Shown: positions 1-6,486 of the stretch, in pieces
Layout of the letters: the number at the start of each line of letters is the position of its first letter
Numbering within the stretch: position 1 is the stretch's first letter
IMG/VR virus record: IMGVR_UViG_3300042891_002161
DNA: 11,433 nucleotides
Origin: a virus
Taxonomy: Duplodnaviria; Heunggongvirae; Uroviricota; Caudoviricetes
Direction: 5' to 3' (one strand)
Position numbers and translations under genes: made by a program
The notes under the pieces: model-generated
The model's input: only the letters and a program-made list of their open reading frames with translations
Told to the model about the DNA's origin: nothing
The model's database searches: none

Positions 1-697
1 TAAAAGAACTTAATAATTGTGTTGAGTTTAGGTTTTTATTCCAAACTTTTATAGTTGATATTCTACCATTGAAAAATTCAGTAGTATTTGTAACACCAAT
101 GGTTAAGTTACTAAAAGAAGGAACACTATGTGTTACACCGGGTGTATCAGTCCCTATTGATTGACCATTCAAATATATTGTTCTGTTAGTACCGTCATAA
201 GTAGCGGCTAAATGATACCAATAATCAACAGATGGTGTGGTACCAGGAATAGCCTCTAAATCAGTTCCCCACCAGTAATTTTTAAAACCACCACCAGATT
301 GTCTTAAAGCATTTACTTCATAATTATTTGAGTAACTACCCCATCCAATTATACCACCGTCTTCAATAACATCATAAGTATTAGCTTGAATCCAAGATTC
401 TATTGTATAATGAGAATTCATTAATGGTATAGCTGTTCCTGAAATTAAAGAACCAAAACTATCTGTTCCATTAAACTCAAATGAGCCTTCAAACCTGGTT
501 AAATTATTATATGTAGAACTAAAAGTCATATTTGATAATGATATATCATTATTAAGACTTGTTAAATCATACCAAGTACTACCTGTTCCAGTATAAGAAA
601 GGACATTACCAGCATCCAAGTTTAGTATTAAACTTGGAGCTGATCCTCCCGAAAAAAGAGATGTTGGTCCTAAATGTGCCGATAATTTACTTATCAT
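1..697 (-). CDS. LamG/concanavalin A-like domain protein, putative virion fibre-associated lectin-like protein (partial, runs off the left edge; not in the supplied ORF track)
   Basis: Manual translation from ATG at 697 is open to the window edge (232 codons): MISKLSAHLGPTSLFSGGSAPSLILNLDAGNVLSYTGTGSTWYDLT...FEFNGTDSF...YTIESWIQ...WYHLAATYDGTNRNIYLNGQSIG...LTIG...FFNGRISTIKVWNKNL. These are LamG_3-type motifs shared with the three domains of the 7754..9814 protein. The start lies 16 nt after the stop of the 1119-aa gene. Confidence 0.9.
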   Translation of the reverse strand, partial: MISKLSAHLGPTSLFSGGSAPSLILNLDAGNVLSYTGTGSTWYDLTSLNNDISLSNMTFSSTYNNLTRFEGSFEFNGTDSFGSLISGTAIPLMNSHYTIESWIQANTYDVIEDGGIIGWGSYSNNYEVNALRQSGGGFKNYWWGTDLEAIPGTTPSVDYWYHLAATYDGTNRTIYLNGQSIGTDTPGVTHSVPSFSNLTIGVTNTTEFFNGRISTIKVWNKNLNSTQLLSSF

Positions 698-713
698 TTA
701 TTTTAATTATTTT

Positions 714-3700
714 TTAAGCAAATGTTCCTGCTTGTCCTAATACTTGACTTAATGTACCTGTGGTATCATAAACAAACATTAATCCAATTGTATCAACTTG
801 GTTTGCTGTACCACTTGGTGCATTTCCACCATTCCATTTAATAGTTACTACACTACCGCCATTTATAGTTAAATCAGTAATCATATAAGGAGTAGCTCCT
901 TGATTTAAGATTAATGTATAAGTAATAACAGAGTTAGCATAAGAAGGATCAGGGAAGTTAGTGAAATCAACTTGAAAATCATTACTTAATGATGATAAGT
1001 ATTTAATACTACCATCTAAGAAACTAGCTGTAACACTTGAAGTACCTACTGTGATATCTTGAGCGGCTTCTACAGTTTGTTTTAAGTATGTTGTAGCGTT
1101 TAAGAATACTGAGTTATCTCTATCACAAACATTTAAGCACTGACCACCTAATATAACTGAGTTACAAGAACAACACATATAGTTATCACATCCACCTATG
1201 ATAGATGAATAGTCAGAGTCACAACTAATACAGTTATCGCGACCACCAACTATAGATGAATAATCTGAATAACTAATTCTATTACAACATCCACCAACTA
1301 TAGATGAATAATTTGAACAACAGATTGTATTATCACAACCACCAATTATGGAAGAATTATCAGAACAACACATTCTATTATCACCACCACCAATTATAGA
1401 AGATTCATTAGCACAACACATTCTACCATCACAACCTCCTATGATAGAACCATTTCTTGTACAACACATACAGTTATCATCACCACCTAAAATAGATGAG
1501 TCAATAGAGTAACCACAGATGCTGTTACAACATCCACCAATAATAGATGAGTTACAAGAACAACAAGTTACGATATTACAATTTCCACCAATAATAGATG
1601 AGTCATTAGATCCGAAAGAAGAAGTAAGTCCTCCATAGTATCCACCACAGATTCTGTTACAATTTCCACCTATAATAGATGATTGACAAGAATACCCATC
1701 AACTATATTAGAAAATCCACCAATAATAGATGAATCACAAGAGTAATTATTAATAAAATTATTTTGACCACCTATAATACTTGATTCATGCGAGTTACTA
1801 ACTGTGCCAAAATCTCCTCCAATTATTGAAGCCGAATTTGATGAAGTCATACTATTGTAAGAACCACCAACAACTGAACCATTACTAGAGTTATAAATAC
1901 TATTCATAAATCCAGTCATTGACTCAGTAGCTCCAAGTACAATACCACCAAAATTTGGTACTAAACTATCAACATTTCTATATCTGATTCTACCATTAGC
2001 ATCAGCAGTAACGAGTCTAGTATCAGTAGGCTCATTTTGTAAAGTATCAATTTTAAGACGATTTACTAAAACTGTATCATCTTCATTATTAAGTGACATA
2101 TTTGAACCACCAATAATAACAGATCTTTGTGATTCACAAATACAGTTATCATAACCACCAATTATATTAGAATTATTTGAACAACAAACACAGTTATTAG
2201 AACCACCAATAATAGTTGAGTTTTCTGAATCACAACAAATTTGATTATCACAACCACCAACAATAGAAGAATGACAAGAATAATAGTTTATTCCATTATT
2301 ATAACCTCCAATAATAGAAGATAAACAAGAGTCACTACAAATACAGTTATCATATCCACCTAAGATAATAGAACCTTCATTATCATTTATAATACGATTT
2401 CCACAACCACCAATAATAGCAGATTCACACGAATTATCACAAATACAATTTCTACAACCACCTACAATTACAGAGTTTTCATTACCATAAGATAGTAAGT
2501 TAGATGAGCCACCAACAATAGCTGAATAGTAATTATTTTCACCACATATTGTATTATTCTGACCAACAAATATACCTGAAGTGTCAGCACAACAAGCGAT
2601 TGTGTTACAATGACCACCTATAATTGATGCACCTAATTCAACACAACATAAACAGTTACGATGTCCACCGATAATAGTACCTTCATCGGTACATGACATT
2701 ATGTTACAACATCCACCAATAATAGTAGATGAGTAAGAAGCAGTCATACTATTATAACAACCACCAATTATATTTGAAGTTTGTGAGTTACTAATAGTAT
2801 TACAACAAGCATAGAATGAACCACCTCCACCTAATGTAGAAGCTTCTCTATAGTTAATATTACCAAAAGCATCAGATACTAACACTTTATCATTTGAGTT
2901 ATTACAAGATAAATTATTTATTTTTAAGTTAGGAACTAAAACAGTGTTACTTTGAGTAGCTAATGTTAAACCAGTACCACCTAAGATAACTGAATTTTCA
3001 GAATCAATAATACTATTTGTTAAACCACCAATGATTGAGTTACCACCAAGGCCTATGGAAATAATACCAAAGTAACCACTTGCTGTAGGACCACCATCAC
3101 TTGTGATAATTGAATTAGATTCACCACCAATAATTGATGATTTAGTTGAATAGCAATCTATAGTATTAAAACATCCACCTATAATTCCAGAATTATCAGA
3201 ACGACAACCTAAAGTATTATCTGTTCCTCCTAAAATAACTGAAAATCCTCCTTCATTAGCACCACATCCACATATTGTATTACAACAACCACCAATTATA
3301 GCAGAGTGTTGCGTTTCATCAATTAAATTGCATTCTCCACTAATTATAGAAGAATAATCAGACTCATTATAGATTTTGTTACATCTACCACCAACAATTG
3401 CGGAGTGATCCGAACAACAAATCGTGTTACGATACCCACCTATAATAGAGTTTAATCCAGAACCATCATATCCAACAACTTTATTACAACATCCACCAAT
3501 AATAGATGAGTTATTTGTATCACATACTATTATGTTATAACAACCACCAACAATAGCAGAATTACAAGATCCATAACTAGAATCACTATCATAACCACAA
3601 ATACAGTTATTAGAACCACCAACAATAGTTGAATTACAAGAGTTATCTTTTACATTATTATTACAACCACCAATTATAGCTGATTGATGAGAATCATCAC

Positions 3701-4073
3701 AAATGTCGTTAGAATGACCACCGATTATTGAAGAGTAATCCGAGGCACAACAAATACGGTTATCATAACCACCTAAAATAACAGCTCCTTCATTTGAGCA
3801 AATGGTATTATCACAACCACCAATAATGGCTGATTGACAAGAATCAGAACTGATTATACTATTAGGTGAAGCTAATAGGTTACTAGTATTATCATATGTA
3901 AAACTTTCTGATGAAGTTAGACCAGTACCTGTTCCTACAGGAATTTGATTATTTGGTTGATTAGATTGGTCTTCTAGTGCTAATGATTCAAGGTAAGTGA
4001 AGTTTCCATCCATTTCAGCGATAGTTAATCTTCTATTGACTTCCCCTCTTAATATTAAACTTTGTGTTGGCAT
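714..4073 (-). CDS. 1119-aa Cys-rich repeat protein, putative trimeric beta-helix/beta-roll virion fibre
   Basis: About 45 copies of a 15-17-aa unit SxxS(S/A)I(I/V)GGxxNxI in three blocks. The N-terminus LILRGEVNRRLTIAEMDGNFTYL resembles a motif I recall from phage fibre N-termini. The C-terminal ~130 aa are homologous to the C-terminus of the 461-aa protein. The ORF is certain; the function is inferred. Confidence 0.75.
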   Translation of the reverse strand: MPTQSLILRGEVNRRLTIAEMDGNFTYLESLALEDQSNQPNNQIPVGTGTGLTSSESFTYDNTSNLLASPNSIISSDSCQSAIIGGCDNTICSNEGAVILGGYDNRICCASDYSSIIGGHSNDICDDSHQSAIIGGCNNNVKDNSCNSTIVGGSNNCICGYDSDSSYGSCNSAIVGGCYNIIVCDTNNSSIIGGCCNKVVGYDGSGLNSIIGGYRNTICCSDHSAIVGGRCNKIYNESDYSSIISGECNLIDETQHSAIIGGCCNTICGCGANEGGFSVILGGTDNTLGCRSDNSGIIGGCFNTIDCYSTKSSIIGGESNSIITSDGGPTASGYFGIISIGLGGNSIIGGLTNSIIDSENSVILGGTGLTLATQSNTVLVPNLKINNLSCNNSNDKVLVSDAFGNINYREASTLGGGGSFYACCNTISNSQTSNIIGGCYNSMTASYSSTIIGGCCNIMSCTDEGTIIGGHRNCLCCVELGASIIGGHCNTIACCADTSGIFVGQNNTICGENNYYSAIVGGSSNLLSYGNENSVIVGGCRNCICDNSCESAIIGGCGNRIINDNEGSIILGGYDNCICSDSCLSSIIGGYNNGINYYSCHSSIVGGCDNQICCDSENSTIIGGSNNCVCCSNNSNIIGGYDNCICESQRSVIIGGSNMSLNNEDDTVLVNRLKIDTLQNEPTDTRLVTADANGRIRYRNVDSLVPNFGGIVLGATESMTGFMNSIYNSSNGSVVGGSYNSMTSSNSASIIGGDFGTVSNSHESSIIGGQNNFINNYSCDSSIIGGFSNIVDGYSCQSSIIGGNCNRICGGYYGGLTSSFGSNDSSIIGGNCNIVTCCSCNSSIIGGCCNSICGYSIDSSILGGDDNCMCCTRNGSIIGGCDGRMCCANESSIIGGGDNRMCCSDNSSIIGGCDNTICCSNYSSIVGGCCNRISYSDYSSIVGGRDNCISCDSDYSSIIGGCDNYMCCSCNSVILGGQCLNVCDRDNSVFLNATTYLKQTVEAAQDITVGTSSVTASFLDGSIKYLSSLSNDFQVDFTNFPDPSYANSVITYTLILNQGATPYMITDLTINGGSVVTIKWNGGNAPSGTANQVDTIGLMFVYDTTGTLSQVLGQAGTFA
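1116..3842 (-). repeat. Protein-level tandem repeat array (SxxSSIIGGxxNxI), three blocks of about 16, 14 and 15 units
   Basis: Counted from the translation. On the + strand it appears as recurrent ccaccaat(a/t)at motifs about every 45-51 nt. The DNA copies are diverged apart from short identities such as ccaccaactatagatgaataat. Confidence 0.9.
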
Positions 4074-4096
4074 AGTTAAAAAATATTTTTTATAGA

Positions 4097-4108
4097 GTAT
4101 ATATTAAT
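4097..4108 (-). promoter_or_regulatory. Candidate phage promoter motif ATTAATATATAC upstream of the 1119-aa gene
   Basis: The core TAATA(T/C)ATA ends 24 nt before the ATG. The same core occurs 21 and 22 nt before two other minus-strand starts (7364 and 7696). Confidence 0.5.
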
Positions 4109-4142
4109 ATTCAAAGGCTAAAAAATCTTTTATAATTTATTT

Positions 4143-4171
4143 TTAAACAAATCAGTAAGATATAGTATAAT
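4143..4171 (+). promoter_or_regulatory. Possible sigma70-like promoter for the cysC operon
   Basis: Perfect TATAAT at 4166-4171, with a weak -35 (TTAAAC, 4143-4148) at 17-nt spacing. A second TATAAT lies at 4131-4136. The AT-rich context lowers significance. Confidence 0.35.
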
Positions 4172-4175
4172 CCGT

Positions 4176-4760
4176 ATGAATTTAACTAAGCACAATTTCA
4201 AAACAACGAAAGAAAACCGTGAGTCTATAAAAAATCAAAAGTCATGTACAATTTGGATGTCTGGATTATCAGGTTCTGGTAAGTCTACATTAGCTAATTT
4301 AGTTGAAGAAAAACTAATTAGTTTAGGATATCACACTTATATTTTAGACGGTGATAATACAAGAATGGGTCTTAATAAAGACTTAGGCTTTTCAGAAGAA
4401 GCCAGAATTGAAAACATTAGAAGAGTGTCAGAGGTTTGTAAACTTATGAATGATGCTGGTCTTATTGTTATTTGTTCATTTATTTCCCCATTTGAAAAGA
4501 ATAGAGAACAAGCAAAAGAAATTATTGGTGATAACTTCTTTGAAGTTTTTGTAGATGCTGATTTACAAACTTGCGAAGAAAGAGATCCAAAAGGTCTTTA
4601 TAAAAAAGCAAGATCTGGTGAAATCAAAGAATTCACTGGAATCTCATCTCCATTTGAAATGCCAAGTAAAGGCATTATGTTAAAAAATAATACAGAAGAA
4701 GATTTAGAATCTAACGTAAATTTTCTTACTGATTTAATAGTAAAAAATAATAACAAATAA
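4176..4760 (+). CDS. cysC: Adenylyl-sulfate (APS) kinase
   Basis: P-loop WMSGLSGSGKST, LDGDNTRMGLNKDLGFSEEARIENIRRV, SFISPF and CEERDPKGLYKKARSGEIKEFTGISSPFE are all canonical CysC motifs. Confidence 0.97.
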   Translation: MNLTKHNFKTTKENRESIKNQKSCTIWMSGLSGSGKSTLANLVEEKLISLGYHTYILDGDNTRMGLNKDLGFSEEARIENIRRVSEVCKLMNDAGLIVICSFISPFEKNREQAKEIIGDNFFEVFVDADLQTCEERDPKGLYKKARSGEIKEFTGISSPFEMPSKGIMLKNNTEEDLESNVNFLTDLIVKNNNK

Positions 4761-4761
4761 T

Positions 4762-5220
4762 ATGTGGTCAAAAGTAAATCACGGTGGTGAACCCACTAAG
4801 AACCCAGATAAAAAGTATGCTATCTTTGTTGGTAGATATCAACCTTATCACTATGGACATATTGAATTAATTCAACAAAAATTGGATGCAGGTGTTCCTG
4901 CTTTAGTTATGGTTAGAGATATCGCTCCTGACGAAAAGAATCCATTTACAACTGAACAAACAGTAGAAATGATTGAAAAATATCATAATGCTAAAGGCGA
5001 TGATGTAAAAGTAATGATTATCCCAGATATTGAATCTGTTAACTACGGAAGAGGTGTTGGTTATGAAATTAATGAATTTACACCAACTAGTGAAATCGCT
5101 TTTATTTCAGCTACAAAAATTAGAGAATCTATCAAAAACGGTGATGATTCTTGGAGAACAATGGTTCATGAATCTATACAAGAAGATGTAATAAAAAATC
5201 TTATGGAGGCAAATGTCTAA
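4762..5220 (+). CDS. Small HxGH-superfamily (cytidylyltransferase-like) nucleotidyltransferase; candidate minimal ATP sulfurylase
   Basis: GRYQPYHYGH (HxGH), KNPFT and C-terminal ISATKIR (SxTxxR). It is translationally coupled to cysC (TAA-T-ATG). The fold assignment is solid; the substrate is inferred from context. Confidence 0.75.
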   Translation: MWSKVNHGGEPTKNPDKKYAIFVGRYQPYHYGHIELIQQKLDAGVPALVMVRDIAPDEKNPFTTEQTVEMIEKYHNAKGDDVKVMIIPDIESVNYGRGVGYEINEFTPTSEIAFISATKIRESIKNGDDSWRTMVHESIQEDVIKNLMEANV

Positions 5221-5647
5221 TACAGAAAAAGTCTATCAAGTAAGATATAATACACAGTCTACCAATGATTCTAACCGCTGGAGATTACTTTGTGATGGTC
5301 AAGAAATATTAGTTGCTAATATTGTTATCAATTCGCAAACTTATACAACTAAAGATTATATTGAAGGAGTTGGTGATAAATGGCACGTTACTTGTCGTGG
5401 CGAACTAACAATTGAAAACGGAACAGCTTATATTAACTTTAAGAAAGATAATGCTATTGCTCGTCACTTAGCTAAAACAATCACTTGGAGAATTGTAGGA
5501 TCAATTGATACTATGTTAGTTAGTTGGTTAATAACAGGAAATCTAAAAATGGGATTGGCTATTGGTGGTGTTGAAATTTTGACTAAAATGGTACTTTACT
5601 TTTTTCACGAAAGAGCCTGGTACAAATGGGGAAAACTTAGTAGATAA
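5213..5647 (+). CDS. DUF2061-family membrane protein fused to an unknown ~80-aa soluble N-terminal domain
   Basis: C-terminal RHLAKTITWRIVGSIDTMLVSWLITG...EILTKMVLYFFHERAW matches the DUF2061 pattern (KxxxWR...YYxHERxW). It overlaps the upstream gene by 8 nt. Confidence 0.8.
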   Translation: MSNTEKVYQVRYNTQSTNDSNRWRLLCDGQEILVANIVINSQTYTTKDYIEGVGDKWHVTCRGELTIENGTAYINFKKDNAIARHLAKTITWRIVGSIDTMLVSWLITGNLKMGLAIGGVEILTKMVLYFFHERAWYKWGKLSR

Positions 5648-5682
5648 TAAAAAAACCTCTCAAAATTTGAGAGGTTTTTTTA
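5648..5682. terminator. Bidirectional intrinsic terminator between convergent operons
   Basis: TAAAAAAACCTCTC-AAAATTT-GAGAGGTTTTTTTA has a perfect inverted repeat and a 7-nt U tract on both strands. It lies between the stops at 5647 and 5689. Confidence 0.9.
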
Positions 5683-5688
5683 TGTTCT

Positions 5689-6486
5689 TTATTTCTTTTT
5701 CCAAAACTCAGTATCGTGAAGTTTCTTATACCATTCTCTACCGATAACATCAATAGCATCTGATTTAGCAGGTAGTAATCCACCTTTTTTAATTTCATGT
5801 AAATCATTACCCCAACCATATCCAGCATCATTCTCTCTAATAGTTTGTTCAATATTACTAAAATCATGTTGATAATATTCTTCACCAATAAACTCATAAA
5901 GTTTCTTAAACCAAAAATCAGGATTTGAACTCCATTGTTCATATGGAAAGAATAAAATTCTATCACCTAAACCTCTTTGAATCGTATCTAAGATAGAAAC
6001 ATAAGGTCTTCCTATAACTCCTTCATCAGAAGTCCAAACACCAATTCTACCATCAATAGTTTTCATTTTAGGATTAGAAAACTCACCGTGAATCTCACCA
6101 TCAGCTCTATTCTTTCTGAATAACTTTTCAAAAGAAGAACAAATATCTTCTAAGTTTCTAACACAAGCAATAATTCTAGCGGGTTGATTAGTTGCTTTTT
6201 CAATAAACTCAATATGAGTTGACCAACCTCTGTTTTTATCAAAGATAACTTCTTTATCAGTTTTGTGATAGTTTTGCATAATGGCTCTAATAACAGCCCA
6301 TTTGTCTTGACCTTCTTCATAAACTTTATGACCTTCTAATTTATTCCAGTTATCTCTAACTTGTAAAAGAAAGTCTAATAAAGATGAAGTTGCTGTTGTA
6401 GCAAACTTTGGATTCTGTAACAGAATATTTGTTAATAAAGTTGATCCACTTCTTGGTAGACCACCTATATAGTTGATTTTTCTCAT
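5689..6486 (-). CDS. PAPS-dependent sulfotransferase (Sulfotransfer_3-like)
   Basis: 5'-PSB loop YIGGLPRSGSTLL, 3'-PB motif IIACVRNLEDICSSF and a later PYE motif. Its start overlaps the upstream stop as ATGA. Confidence 0.9.
   Translation of the reverse strand: MRKINYIGGLPRSGSTLLTNILLQNPKFATTATSSLLDFLLQVRDNWNKLEGHKVYEEGQDKWAVIRAIMQNYHKTDKEVIFDKNRGWSTHIEFIEKATNQPARIIACVRNLEDICSSFEKLFRKNRADGEIHGEFSNPKMKTIDGRIGVWTSDEGVIGRPYVSILDTIQRGLGDRILFFPYEQWSSNPDFWFKKLYEFIGEEYYQHDFSNIEQTIRENDAGYGWGNDLHEIKKGGLLPAKSDAIDVIGREWYKKLHDTEFWKKK

Noticed and set aside
714-4073. Diversity-generating retroelement or other hypervariation acting on the repeat or LamG genes
   Set aside because: No reverse transcriptase and no near-identical template/variable repeat pair differing at adenines was seen in the window.
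4077-4092. 16-bp perfect palindrome TAAAAAATATTTTTTA just upstream of the 1119-aa gene
   Set aside because: It consists only of A/T homopolymer runs in an AT-rich spacer, is likely by chance, and would make a very weak hairpin.
4176-5647. Assimilatory sulfate reduction to supply cysteine for the Cys-rich fibre
   Set aside because: No PAPS/APS reductase, sulfite reductase or cysteine synthase is in the window, while a PAPS-consuming sulfotransferase is adjacent. It cannot be fully excluded without the rest of the genome.
5637-5966. 109-aa + strand ORF in the track
   Set aside because: It lies antisense to the sulfotransferase, runs through the bidirectional terminator and has no recognisable motif; treated as a shadow ORF.
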